Below are positions 1 through 8,701 of a stretch of DNA of 64,000 bases, piece after piece. A program made the position numbers and the translations under genes. The notes below the pieces were generated by a model. That model saw only the letters and a list, made by a program, of their open reading frames with translations. It searched no databases and was not told the origin of the DNA. Positions within the stretch are counted from its first letter, which is position 1. The number at the start of each line of letters is the position of its first letter. Source of the stretch: a virus (Duplodnaviria > Heunggongvirae > Uroviricota > Caudoviricetes). The DNA is taken from the IMG/VR virus record IMGVR_UViG_3300031994_000063. One strand, written 5' to 3'.

Positions 1-7
1 AAGAATA

Positions 8-1381
8 ATGGGACGAGTGACTCCACCGCGTATTAAAAGACCTAAAAATATTATGGTTTGGCAAATAGTTGATAACAATATTTTAACTGAAAAGTTAACA
101 CCTACAGTTGGTGCTAAAAACACTATAGAGGATACAAATAGTAAAGAAAAAGTAGAGAAATTATACACTCAGCCTAAAAATCTATTTGAAGCTGTTGATT
201 TCACTAACTTAGGCGTTATTGACGAATCAGAGAAATTTTCCCCTAAATTTATTGAAGGGGAAAATTATTCTTTGAAAGGTGTTTCTTGTGATGGATTTGA
301 AATGGAGGAGAAAGTCTATAAGTTGGTAAAAGTTGTAGACGATTTTTACGGGACTAGTATTAACTCTGTGATTGTCAAGCAAATTTCTGGAGAACAAGGG
401 ATTATTTTTACTCTCTCTAAAAATGATTGTGATTATCATGGAATAGAGTATGAGAAAGGGTTACAATTATTCCCAAAAAATCTTCCTTGGACTAGGGTGA
501 AAGAAAAAATTCCGTTTGATAAAAATAATCTTTCCACAACACCAGTTAGTGATATTGATAACACAATTAGATTTATATTACTTAGACTAGATGGGTTTAA
601 AGATTATCTAGATGGGTATGTTTTAACGCCTAGTGGACATCTTATTACAGAGAAGCGTTTTATCGACACAATTAGAGTTACAAGTAAAGAGCCTATTGTA
701 TTCGGAAATGGTTTCGTTATCAACGATAAAACAAATCTTGATATTGAATTAGTATATCCTAAAAACTTATTGTTTAATCATGCTAATTTTATCTCTTCTG
801 AAGATACTATTTTTGTTATGATTAGGCTTAAAAGGGAATATGGAAATGCACAAGATGGCTATTATAATTCAATTGATAGGTGTTTTGGCGTAGAACCTAA
901 ATATTTAGAAGGTATTAACCCAACAGAATTTTTTGAAATTAGTTGGGATGAACTAGGGGCATACACTGTTGAGGAATATGAGGCTTTGAAGGCTGAAAAG
1001 GCTAGGAAAAAGGCTGAGAGAGCACGTAAACTTGAAGAAGAACGTAAACGTAAGATAGCCGAAGAAGAAAAACGCATAAAGGAACAGCGTATCCGTGCGG
1101 AGGCAGCAGTGGACAGAATGAGAGGGTATCATATGAAATTACCTTCATTTCCACCCATTCCCAATTTGGATTTTAATGGAAGCATAGGGTCTATTGATAT
1201 GATTGTCAATACATTAGACACCTATTTTGATTCATTGGATAATGCATTAACTATAATCAATGAAGATTTAAGCACAATGTCTAAACTTAGTGGTTTAGGC
1301 GATATACACAGAATTGTTTCCAATAAAGCGTATAGAAAAAGTATGGACGAGAACTTTAAAAAACTGTTAAATAATTTATAA
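8..1381 (+). CDS. hypothetical protein with C-terminal charged coiled-coil (KAEKARKKAERARKLEEERKRK)
   Basis: 457-aa intact ORF. Lys/Glu/Arg-rich helical segment near the C-terminus. No recognisable catalytic motifs. Confidence 0.6.
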   Translation: MGRVTPPRIKRPKNIMVWQIVDNNILTEKLTPTVGAKNTIEDTNSKEKVEKLYTQPKNLFEAVDFTNLGVIDESEKFSPKFIEGENYSLKGVSCDGFEMEEKVYKLVKVVDDFYGTSINSVIVKQISGEQGIIFTLSKNDCDYHGIEYEKGLQLFPKNLPWTRVKEKIPFDKNNLSTTPVSDIDNTIRFILLRLDGFKDYLDGYVLTPSGHLITEKRFIDTIRVTSKEPIVFGNGFVINDKTNLDIELVYPKNLLFNHANFISSEDTIFVMIRLKREYGNAQDGYYNSIDRCFGVEPKYLEGINPTEFFEISWDELGAYTVEEYEALKAEKARKKAERARKLEEERKRKIAEEEKRIKEQRIRAEAAVDRMRGYHMKLPSFPPIPNLDFNGSIGSIDMIVNTLDTYFDSLDNALTIINEDLSTMSKLSGLGDIHRIVSNKAYRKSMDENFKKLLNNL

Positions 1382-1385
1382 GTCA

Positions 1386-1832
1386 ATGAAAAAGATTGTA
1401 AATGAACCGAGAGAAATAGATGGAATGAGGGTTGTTCAAGACTCATGGGAAATAGCAGAAGCCTTGAAAAATGGCGAAACTGTTTTGCATTGGGAAGCTG
1501 GAACCTCTATGCAGCCATTGATAAACCACATGGAGTACTGCAAAATAACGCCTTGCGTTCCAATAGATGTGAAAAGAGGTGATGCGGTATTCTGTGTTTT
1601 GGATGATGGTATGGGTCATGAGTACCCAATGGTACATCAAGTATGGGAAATCTCTGACGCTAGCCACACAAATGAATTGTGGTTTAAGATTGGTAGCACA
1701 ATGTCTACTATTTTTGGATGGACTAAAAAAGTTTATGGCATTGCAAAGGGAACAAATATCTACCAAGAAATAACCCCAGAAATTAGGGCATCTTGGGAAG
1801 AGTATGAAGCAGTTCACGAAGAAAGAAAATAA
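1386..1832 (+). CDS. hypothetical protein, possible S24/S26-like peptidase fold
   Basis: 148-aa ORF. AGTSMQPLI resembles the Ser-Met nucleophile motif of S24/S26 peptidases. KRGDAVFCVL and VYGIAKG resemble the downstream beta-strand motifs. Weak. Confidence 0.45.
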   Translation: MKKIVNEPREIDGMRVVQDSWEIAEALKNGETVLHWEAGTSMQPLINHMEYCKITPCVPIDVKRGDAVFCVLDDGMGHEYPMVHQVWEISDASHTNELWFKIGSTMSTIFGWTKKVYGIAKGTNIYQEITPEIRASWEEYEAVHEERK

Positions 1833-2120
1833 TTTTTTTATTTTCTCTTGAAACTTTTTAAAAAACACATATATTTATAATAAACAACAAATTTTAATAA
1901 TAATATGATTACATTTAATCTACATATAGAACAGCCTTATGAACTTGGGTATGAATATCCAAGACTAGGAGGCGTGTGCGTAGGTTAAGTGTAGATTCGT
2001 ATCATATAATTATTATATATACCTTATTTAGCAAATAATGTTTATTATATAATATTGGGTGAACAATCTACGGAATGTTCACCCTTAGAGTGTTTAAATA
2101 TGTTAAAAGTTAGCGAAAAA

Positions 2121-2156
2121 TTTGGTTATTCCAATTTTTTTTCATATCTTTGCATC
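2121..2156 (+). promoter_or_regulatory. Bacteroidetes sigma-A type promoter (TTTG, spacer, TATCTTTGC), drives the tRNA cluster
   Basis: tttggttattccaattttttttcatatctttgcatcg matches the -33 TTTG / -7 TAnnTTTG consensus. About 27 similar copies in the window. Confidence 0.6.
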
Positions 2157-2263
2157 GTCCAAATGGATAGAGGTTAAATGTTAGACCGAATAAGCCCATC
2201 AATAGAACGGTGGCTACCTTATTGACAGTGTGGGTACAAACCACTCCATTTGGACAATTTAAT

Positions 2264-2337
2264 GTCGGTATAGGCGAAGTGGTTAAGCCGTAACCCCCTC
2301 AAGGTTAAGATTGTTGGTTCAAATCCAACTACCGATA
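2264..2337 (+). tRNA. tRNA-Glu(CTC)? hand-folded
   Basis: Acceptor gtcggta/taccgat (one G·U). T-arm gttgg-ttcaaat-ccaac. Anticodon stem taacc/ggtta with loop ccctcaa. Position 33 is C, which is atypical. Confidence 0.45.
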
Positions 2338-2344
2338 CATATAA

Positions 2345-2419
2345 GGCCCAATGGAGGAATTGGTTAACTCGTTGCCCTTTCAAGGCAAAGATTGCTCAGT
2401 TCGAATCTGGCTTGGGTCA
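2345..2419 (+). tRNA. tRNA-Glu(TTC)
   Basis: Acceptor ggcccaa/ttgggtc. Anticodon stem ttgcc/ggcaa with loop ctttcaa. T-loop ttcgaat. Confidence 0.55.
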
Positions 2420-2520
2420 CTCATAAAAGTCTTGATGGTGTGGTACGTAACACTTAATAAAACTTCGGTTGGTCATCATAGTTCGTGAGACATACGTTCA
2501 TCGTTCATAGCGAACACTAT

Positions 2521-2607
2521 GCCATCGTGGCGCAACTGGTTGAGACGCAACCGTTTAAGGGGCGGTAAACCGAGAGGTTTCTGTGGGTTCGACTCCCACC
2601 GATGGTA
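2521..2607 (+). tRNA. type II tRNA-Leu-like (anticodon AAG?, long variable arm)
   Basis: Acceptor gccatcg/cgatggt. Anticodon stem accgt/gcggt with loop ttaaggg. Variable-arm hairpin aaacc-gaga-ggttt. T-arm gtggg-ttcgact-cccac. Confidence 0.5.
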
Positions 2608-2613
2608 CTTAGT

Positions 2614-2689
2614 GGGAACACACAGCAAGTATTTTTGATTTAACAAGTAATTAAATTTGGGTTTTAAAAGTACAGTTAAAAATGTTCCC
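2614..2689 (+). ncRNA. hairpin-bounded repeat element (GGGAACA..CACAGCAAG .. UGUUCCC), copy a
   Basis: 5' gggaaca pairs with 3' tgttccc. Conserved ACAGCAA follows the 5' stem. Member of a family of 12 or more copies. Confidence 0.5.
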
Positions 2690-2696
2690 TTAAAAT

Positions 2697-2767
2697 TGGG
2701 GTATGGTGTAATGGTAACACTACAGATTCTGGTCCTGTCATTCTTGGTTCGAATCCGAGTACCCCAA
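2697..2767 (+). tRNA. tRNA-Gln(CTG)
   Basis: Perfect 7-bp acceptor tggggta/tacccca. D-arm gtgtaatggtaacac. Anticodon loop ttctggt. T-arm cttgg-ttcgaat-ccgag. Confidence 0.6.
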
Positions 2768-2769
2768 CG

Positions 2770-2840
2770 AATGGTGGTTCGACTCCACCTCGCTGACCGA
2801 GATTGTGGTAAATTCAACAAAGGGGTTCGAATCCCCTTCC
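2770..2840 (+). other. two isolated T-arm-like hairpins (tggtggttcgactccacc; aggggttcgaatcccctt), probable tRNA remnants
   Basis: Canonical GGTTCGANTCC T-loops flanked by 4-5 bp stems. No acceptor or anticodon arms around them. Confidence 0.35.
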
Positions 2841-2872
2841 TATTATTGGGTAGAGGGTAAGTTGAGGTCATT

Positions 2873-2997
2873 TCAGTCAATGGTGTAATGGTAGCACACC
2901 TAGTATTGGCCTAGGAGGTTTCAAGCTATAGTGCATATGGGAAGGCTTGATGGCGTTAGGAATAACGGTGGTAGTTCGAATCTATCTTGGCTGACAT
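2873..2997 (+). ncRNA. tRNA-like gene with ~50-nt insertion between anticodon arm and T-arm (anticodon region tattggc, Gln-like)
   Basis: Acceptor gtcagtc/ggctgac. D-arm tggtgtaatggtagcaca. Anticodon stem cctag/ctagg. T-arm ggtag-ttcgaat-ctatc. Total ~125 nt. Confidence 0.35.
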
Positions 2998-3189
2998 TGA
3001 GCTTATTAGTCCCTGAGAGTCGCAAAGCGTCACTCAAACTATGTAAGCCTTGTTGGGAAGCAAGTCTTTTGAGATACTAATCTAGAGTGGGAACTAGAAC
3101 GAGGAAAGATGATGTATTGCATGAGCTAGTTACCTTGTGCATTTGCTTAATTGAAACTACTTCCCTTTATTTAAAAAACATATGCCGTT

Positions 3190-3627
3190 ATGAATATAGA
3201 AAAAAGTTTCGATGCCGCATTCAAACGAATGAAAAAGCGTAATTGGGAGAAAATATACGTGCTTGTGGATATTCACGACACTGTATTTGAGGCTTGTTAT
3301 CACGAAAAAGAAGAGTATAAGTGGTATCCCTTTGCGAAGGAAGCATTGGATATTATGAGTCATGCTCAGCAGATTTCTCTCATACTATGGACATCAACAT
3401 ATGAAAATGTCATAAATGATTATGTTGAATATTTTAAAACTAATGGTATTAAGTTTGATTATATCAACCGAAACACTGAAACAGAAAACACATCACTGTC
3501 TTGCTTTGATGAGAAAACATATTTCAATGTAGGTATTGATGACAAGTTTGGGTTTGAGGCAGAAACAGATTGGGTAGTAATTTATCACTATCTTGTAGAA
3601 GGCATAAGGTTAGGGAAATTTAAATGA
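3190..3627 (+). CDS. hypothetical protein (possible HAD-like, VLVDIHDTVFE)
   Basis: 145-aa ORF. DxHDT-like segment is suggestive only. Confidence 0.45.
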   Translation: MNIEKSFDAAFKRMKKRNWEKIYVLVDIHDTVFEACYHEKEEYKWYPFAKEALDIMSHAQQISLILWTSTYENVINDYVEYFKTNGIKFDYINRNTETENTSLSCFDEKTYFNVGIDDKFGFEAETDWVVIYHYLVEGIRLGKFK

Positions 3628-3840
3628 GTGTTATGGATGAATATAATGAAAGATGGAAAAAACGTTGTGACGCATGTTCTTGTAACCCTTGTGATGGGCG
3701 TGATAGAATACTAAGGGTAAAATGCCCATATCCGTGTTGTTATGACGATAAATAAAAAAATTAAATAAGCATAAAAGCATACACAGTTCGCCACTGTGGT
3801 CAATTCGAAAGGATTGTGGTTTAGAAACCTATGCTTAATT

Positions 3841-3934
3841 CGAGGGGTAACGGCAGCGGTCTGTAAAACCGCCCTGCATTAACAAATTGTCGTAGTGGAC
3901 TCGCAGTAAGTGTGTTCAAGTCACACCCCCTCGA
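3841..3934 (+). tRNA. tRNA-Tyr(GTA)-like with 37-nt variable region
   Basis: Acceptor cgagggg/cccctcg. Anticodon stem gcggt/accgc with loop ctgtaaa. T-arm gtgtg-ttcaagt-cacac. Confidence 0.5.
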
Positions 3935-3963
3935 CAAAAAGGAATCTAACAGCAATTGATATA

Positions 3964-4045
3964 GACTTCAGACGGTTAGCTTAGTGGCTTAAAGCCTTGG
4001 ATTTTACCAAGAGAACGTAGGTTCGAATCCTGCACCACCTTAGTT
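3964..4045 (+). tRNA. tRNA-like (D-arm gctt-agtggctta-aagc, T-arm gtagg-ttcgaat-cctgc); anticodon unresolved
   Basis: Canonical D- and T-arms are visible. Acceptor pairing and anticodon loop could not be resolved by eye. Confidence 0.3.
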
Positions 4046-4132
4046 TTAATGATTCCGACATATACTTGGAAGCGTGACCTTGAAAAGCCAAGCCCAATCC
4101 ATCAGTGGCGGTAAATTGTCCAAGTTTTTAAT

Positions 4133-4214
4133 TCAGGCGGAAACGGCACATACAGTCTGCAACTAAGCCGTGTTTGATATAGCAGAGTTCGTTGGTTTGA
4201 ATCCAGCCCGCCTG
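4133..4214 (+). tRNA. tRNA-like (acceptor caggcgg/ccgcctg, T-loop tttgaat)
   Basis: 7-bp acceptor complementarity. T-arm gttgg-tttgaat-ccagc. Internal arms non-canonical. Confidence 0.35.
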
Positions 4215-4412
4215 ACGCATTGGGGGATTGTAGTCACCGCTTTGGACAATGCTAGGAAGTCTACATAGAAGAACAGACTTGATAAGAAGTAGGCAAATAA
4301 TAGTCATATAATAGTAGTACTGTAAAAATGATAACGATATGCTGAGGTAATTGATAGTAACTAGTAATGGTATCTGCTCGTAATGGTATATACTACTGTT
4401 CAATTTTTTAAA

Positions 4413-4490
4413 TGGGATAGTTGGCCGAGCGATTTAGGCGCAAGTTTGTGGCACTTGTTTAGGTTGGTTTGACTCCAACACTACCCCCAT
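4413..4490 (+). tRNA. tRNA-like with Ser/Leu-type D-region (ttggccgagcg), anticodon loop ttgtggc (GTG?)
   Basis: D-region matches TGGCCGAGCGG of class II tRNAs. Anticodon stem caagt/acttg. T-arm gttgg-tttgact-ccaac. Acceptor has one mismatch. Confidence 0.35.
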
Positions 4491-4507
4491 AATTTATTTA
4501 TAATATT

Positions 4508-5446
4508 ATGACAAATCTTAAATTGCTTACATATAACGTTGATGGACTTCCAGAAACATTGGATTTGAATGACCTCCCTTGGTTGTTTAAACCCTTTGTA
4601 TGGATATATAAGCTAATAAAGGGTACAACTGTCATTACGATTAATGATAACGTAAATAAAAAAGAGAATAATGATAAAATTGCCAAATATTTAAATTCCT
4701 CTGATGCTGACATCATTGCGGTTCAAGAGGATTTTAACTACCATGACAACTTAATCTCTAAGTTGGATAAGAAATATAATTGCGGTACTTATCTCGGTGG
4801 TTTTGACCTTTCCAAGATATTCTCAAACACTGAGTGGTTAACATATTTCCCACTTCCTAGATTTAAATGTGATGGTCTTAACTTGCTAACCAAAAAAGAA
4901 AAAGTTACCACAATTAATGAAACCATTATATCATGGAAAAAGAATTGTGGGTATTTCAGCAACGCCAACGATGCATTAACTCATAAGGGGTATAGGTTTT
5001 ATGAAATTATGAAAGAAAACGTGAAAATTGGTGTGTATGTGATTCATATGGATGCCAATTACTATACCGCTGATACTACAGAGGCTCCAAAAGACATCAA
5101 GGCTAGAGAAGCACAATTGAAGCAATTGGCAAAAGACGTAATAGAAAATTCAAAGGGGAATAACCCATTGACAATAATCATAGGTGATACAAACAGTTAT
5201 AATCAATATTCTTGGGATGTAGATAACCTTAAAAAGAATTTAATTGAACCAATTGAATCAACATATAACTTAACAATACAAGAGGTTGTGCCACAGAATT
5301 TTGCAGACTGTGATAGAATATATACAATAAGTAATGTGGGATTACTGAAAACCTTGAATATCAAGAGTTGTTATTTTGATAAGGAAATGGAGGGGGTTTC
5401 TGACCACTTACCATTGGTTTGCGAAATAGAATTTGAAAAAAAATAG
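4508..5446 (+). CDS. endonuclease/exonuclease/phosphatase (EEP) family protein
   Basis: 312 aa. N-terminal LTYNVDG and IAVQE. C-terminal SDHLPL, the EEP SDHxP catalytic motif. Confidence 0.65.
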   Translation: MTNLKLLTYNVDGLPETLDLNDLPWLFKPFVWIYKLIKGTTVITINDNVNKKENNDKIAKYLNSSDADIIAVQEDFNYHDNLISKLDKKYNCGTYLGGFDLSKIFSNTEWLTYFPLPRFKCDGLNLLTKKEKVTTINETIISWKKNCGYFSNANDALTHKGYRFYEIMKENVKIGVYVIHMDANYYTADTTEAPKDIKAREAQLKQLAKDVIENSKGNNPLTIIIGDTNSYNQYSWDVDNLKKNLIEPIESTYNLTIQEVVPQNFADCDRIYTISNVGLLKTLNIKSCYFDKEMEGVSDHLPLVCEIEFEKK

Positions 5447-5505
5447 TTAAAATATTTGGAGTTTTCAATTATTTTTTATATTTTTGCATCGTTAAAATAA
5501 AATAA

Positions 5506-5647
5506 GGAAACATACAGCAAACATCTATTGATAGCATTTGACTGATAATCAAAGGGTCGTGAGTTCGAGTCTCACCCTCCCCACAAAAGGGAATAAAACT
5601 TGGGGAGGTAGCTCAGTTGGTAGAGAAAAATCAAAAAAATGTTTCCG
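5506..5647 (+). ncRNA. hairpin-bounded element copy b enclosing a circularly permuted tRNA-Ile(GAT)-like unit
   Basis: Closing helix ggaaacat/atgtttcc. Inside: anticodon stem tttga/tcaaa with loop ctgataa, variable gggtc, T-arm gtgag-ttcgagt-ctcac, 3' acceptor cctcccc. After a 17-nt linker comes the 5' acceptor ggggagg plus D-arm tagctcagttggtagag. Confidence 0.5.
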
Positions 5648-5748
5648 AAAATCATAGGGTAGGAATGGAGTTTGGTAACGCAGGAAGTATCCAAGGTTCT
5701 CCACGTTAAATAAAAAAACTGCGAGGTTTATCACTTGCATCGTTTTAT

Positions 5749-5821
5749 CTAGGTGTAGTTCAGTTGGTAGAATGCGTCATTTGGGATGATGTGGTCGGTG
5801 GTTCGAGTCCACTTACCTAGA
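5749..5821 (+). tRNA. tRNA-Pro(TGG)
   Basis: Acceptor ctaggtg/tacctag. Anticodon stem cgtca/tgatg with loop tttggga. T-arm ggtgg-ttcgagt-ccact. Confidence 0.6.
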
Positions 5822-5957
5822 CAAATTGGTGGTTCAGTAAGAGGATTGCGCAAGGCGGTACTAAAAGAAACTAGAGAGTAGTGAATCCTATGGATAGGTG
5901 AATAAATTCTGTAGGAACGCAGCCTATCGGCAACGTGGGTTCGAATCCCACACCATC

Positions 5958-6075
5958 AACTAAGGATACTTACAGCAAATGTAACTTTGTTACAATTTCT
6001 TGGTTCGAATCCAAGCTAAACCTATGGTTTAAGCACCCATTCGTGGGTATTGGTATATTAAAACAAAAGTATCCG
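5958..6075 (+). ncRNA. hairpin-bounded element copy c (ggatact..tacagcaa..agtatcc) with internal T-arm and UUCG hairpin
   Basis: Closing helix ggatact/agtatcc. Internal cttgg-ttcgaat-ccaag and ccca-ttcg-tggg. Confidence 0.45.
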
Positions 6076-6096
6076 TTTTTTTTTTATGATAATATT

Positions 6097-6411
6097 ATGG
6101 GAGAATATAAAAAAATAACAAAAGAAGATATTGACTTTCCTAATTATTGTTTCTTTTTCATCAAAGAAATAAATGAAAGTTTGGAAGAGAACGATATTAC
6201 AAATCCAGGAGACGAATTATCATTGGAGTTGGAAACTTCAGAGCATCCTTATTGTTATGATGCTTTTGAGTTGATTGTTAGAACATTTGAGAGAAAAGGT
6301 TTTAGCACTAGAATTCCAACTTTTCATCTAGTGAAAAAAGATGGGGTGAAAATATATACTTATAATTGGAAACTCATTAAACTCCCAAAGGCAAATGATT
6401 TACCATTTTAG
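6097..6411 (+). CDS. hypothetical protein (start trimmed to avoid tRNA-like sequence)
   Basis: The table ORF 5935-6411 begins inside tRNA-like sequence. First in-frame ATG downstream of that sequence is at 6097. Confidence 0.5.
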   Translation: MGEYKKITKEDIDFPNYCFFFIKEINESLEENDITNPGDELSLELETSEHPYCYDAFELIVRTFERKGFSTRIPTFHLVKKDGVKIYTYNWKLIKLPKANDLPF

Positions 6412-6464
6412 ATAAAAATTTGATTTTAATTCATATTTTAAAATAATAGTAAATAAAAAAAGTT

Positions 6465-7493
6465 ATGAAGAAGATTTTTTTAATGTTGGCACTTGTTTGT
6501 GCCGTTGTGAGTGCAAATGCACAGATTGCAACAGAGAACAGTAATGCTTTCGATAACGTTGGGGTTGGTGTTACTGCTGGTGTATCTACACCGCTTGATT
6601 TCAACTCCGTGTTCCCTTTGAACACAAACGTTGGCTTGAAGATTACTAAGGATATTACACCAGTAATCGGATTCCAGATTGAGGGTCTTGCCGTACTCAA
6701 CGACAATCATTTCAGTGACCTTAAGACCGCTGTGAAGGCAACTAATGTCGGACTTAATGGCGCATTGAATTTGTCAAACCTTTTTTGGGGCTACAAGGGT
6801 ACTCCGCGAGTGTTTGAGGTTAGCACCGTTACGGGTCTTGGATGGCTTCATACATGGAACACATCTAAGAATAATCTGACCGCAAAGACTGGTCTTGACC
6901 TTGCGTTTAACATTGGCAAGAATAAGGCACATAGTTTGGTATTGACACCAGCGGTGTATTGGAACTTGAATAAGATTGACGCAATTCAGTTCAATAAGAA
7001 GGGCGCACAGTTGGCACTTAACTTGACTTATGTGTATCATTTTAAGACTAGCAACGGAACACATCATTTCAAGACATACGATGTTGGTGCAATGACCAAC
7101 GAGATTAATTATCTGCGTGGAAAACTTGATGAGTGTGAGAAACGTGAGCCGAAGGTTGTTGAGAAGATTGTTGAGGTTAAAACTCCAACTACTGATGCAG
7201 CAGTAGTGAAGAATGGAAATAACTCTTGGGTTGTTACATTTGCTACAGCAAGTTCAGTATTGACAAATGAGGCTAAGTTCATTCTTAACCAAGTTGGGGA
7301 TAATGCAGTTGTAGATGTTACTGCAACAGCAAGTCCTGATGGCTCAAGAGAGTTTAACCAGCGTCTCTCTGAGAAGAGAGCGGCAGTTGTTGCCGATTAC
7401 CTATCAAAGCGTGGAGTGAAAGTTAATAGTTTCGCTGGCAAGGGCGTAAGTGCCGAGAGTGGTAGGTCTGCTGTTGTTAAGACAGTTCAGTAA
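6465..7493 (+). CDS. OmpA-family outer-membrane protein (signal peptide, beta-barrel-like N-domain, OmpA-like C-domain)
   Basis: MKKIFLMLALVCAVVSANAQ signal peptide. C-terminal SPDGSREFNQRLSEKRAAVVADYL is OmpA-like. Visibly higher GC than surrounding genes. Confidence 0.6.
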   Translation: MKKIFLMLALVCAVVSANAQIATENSNAFDNVGVGVTAGVSTPLDFNSVFPLNTNVGLKITKDITPVIGFQIEGLAVLNDNHFSDLKTAVKATNVGLNGALNLSNLFWGYKGTPRVFEVSTVTGLGWLHTWNTSKNNLTAKTGLDLAFNIGKNKAHSLVLTPAVYWNLNKIDAIQFNKKGAQLALNLTYVYHFKTSNGTHHFKTYDVGAMTNEINYLRGKLDECEKREPKVVEKIVEVKTPTTDAAVVKNGNNSWVVTFATASSVLTNEAKFILNQVGDNAVVDVTATASPDGSREFNQRLSEKRAAVVADYLSKRGVKVNSFAGKGVSAESGRSAVVKTVQ

Positions 7494-7744
7494 CAACTCA
7501 ACTAAGGAGAATTACAAACGATTAGCGTTGGCGGTGATTCTACGTCCAAAACCGCAAGTTTATCGGTCATCAAATATTTGTCTACATTCTCCTTATTTTC
7601 AATTCTATAGGTGATTAGATAAACGGTTGCTGCGATAAGGTAAACAGCTCAAGGACTAATACCAAACCAGATGTTCTTGCCCTTTTTCATTAAATATATG
7701 TGTTCATAAAATATATTTGGAACATCAGTAAGTTAGTTCACCAT

Positions 7745-7816
7745 GCGAGTGTAGTTCAATGGTTAGAATGGGACCCTTCCAAGGTTCATATGACGGTTCG
7801 ATTCCGTTCACTCGCT
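7745..7816 (+). tRNA. tRNA-Gly(TCC)
   Basis: Perfect acceptor gcgagtg/cactcgc. Anticodon loop cttccaa. T-arm gacgg-ttcgatt-ccgtt. Confidence 0.65.
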
Positions 7817-7822
7817 CAACGT

Positions 7823-7971
7823 GGAAACGTACAGCAATGTATATCGTTTTAAAAAGCATTCCAAGCTAGGGGTCGCAGGTTCGAGTCCTGTCCGCCACTC
7901 AATTTTATAAACTATAATGTGGCGGTAGCTCAGTTGGATTAGAGCACTAAAAATAAACAACAAACGTTTCC
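7823..7971 (+). ncRNA. hairpin-bounded element copy d enclosing a permuted tRNA-like unit (3' half then 5' half)
   Basis: Closing helix ggaaacg/cgtttcc. Inside: T-arm gcagg-ttcgagt-cctgt plus 3' acceptor ccgccac, then a 21-nt linker, then 5' acceptor gtggcgg plus D-arm tagctcagttggattagagc. Confidence 0.5.
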
Positions 7972-7988
7972 TTTTTAAAACAATAAAA

Positions 7989-8183
7989 ATGGATAAAAAG
8001 AATACCATTAAAAAGATTTTTTTAAGGCTGATAATAATAATTTTATTTGTACCATTAACGTTATTATTGCCTTTACAAGTTATCTATTTTGGCCTCAGAT
8101 ATGCAGTGTGTGGTAATTTTGTTTGCGATAACCCTTTACCGTTTTTATTTGCAGAGTGGCTAACGGAGAAATATAACTTGTAA
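7989..8183 (+). CDS. small hydrophobic protein
   Basis: 64 aa, strongly hydrophobic (LIIIILFVPLTLLLPLQVIYFGL). Confidence 0.4.
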   Translation: MDKKNTIKKIFLRLIIIILFVPLTLLLPLQVIYFGLRYAVCGNFVCDNPLPFLFAEWLTEKYNL

Positions 8184-8191
8184 TAATTAAT

Positions 8192-8264
8192 GCAGACGTA
8201 TATCAATTGGTAGATAGCCATCTTGCCAAGATGGAGGTTGGGGAATCGTACTCCCTCGTCTGCT
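8192..8264 (+). tRNA. tRNA-Gly(GCC)
   Basis: Acceptor gcagacg/cgtctgc. Anticodon stem ccatc/gatgg with loop ttgccaa. Non-canonical T-loop. Confidence 0.55.
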
Positions 8265-8288
8265 CTTTTCAGTAAGAAACTTAACAAT

Positions 8289-8492
8289 ATGGAAAAATGT
8301 ATGCGTTGTAAGCATGAGATAATTCTAGAAGGAAACTTTATGCTTAGTGAAATCAACGGAGAAGAATTGAATGAAGATGATGATACGATGGTGACTTATG
8401 CACATTGCCCTTATTGTGGCGCAAGGTATGAGTTGACAGATACACCAGAATCTGAAAAGAGGAATTATCCATATTGGAAGATTGGGGTGTAG
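8289..8492 (+). CDS. small zinc-ribbon protein (CxxC ... CxxC)
   Basis: Trimmed from table ORF 8223-8492, which starts inside tRNA-Gly. MEKCMRCKHE ... HCPYCGARY. Confidence 0.5.
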   Translation: MEKCMRCKHEIILEGNFMLSEINGEELNEDDDTMVTYAHCPYCGARYELTDTPESEKRNYPYWKIGV

Positions 8493-8573
8493 CTTAGACA
8501 GTAAAAGCACATGCCTTATAAGCATGAGATAGTGGGAGCATTACCCATCGCCCCTACAATCTTTTTTTACAAA

Positions 8574-8701
8574 GGAAGCAAACAGCAATATTTGTTTAAA
8601 ACAGCTAATCGTAATTGATTTCGTGGGTTCGAATCCCACACTTTCCTAGATGAAAGTTGGTGGAGTGGGTAAACACGGCAGTCCAAAAACAATTGTTTCC
8701 G
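8574..8701 (+). ncRNA. hairpin-bounded element copy e (ggaagcaa..acagcaa .. ttgtttcc) with internal T-arm gtgggttcgaatcccac
   Basis: Terminal complementarity with one G·U. Internal T-arm plus acceptor-like helix actttc/gaaagt. Confidence 0.45.

Noticed and set aside
2476-2880. Minus-strand ORF of 134 aa across the tRNA cluster
   Set aside because: It lies entirely over tRNA genes and T-arm stubs on the opposite strand. Its composition (Arg/Thr/Pro-rich) is typical of a spurious reading of structured RNA.
5935-6096. N-terminal extensions of table ORFs at 5935, 8223, 11130, 17817 and 61040
   Set aside because: These extensions read through tRNA or tRNA-like sequence. Starts were moved to the first ATG downstream of the RNA gene.
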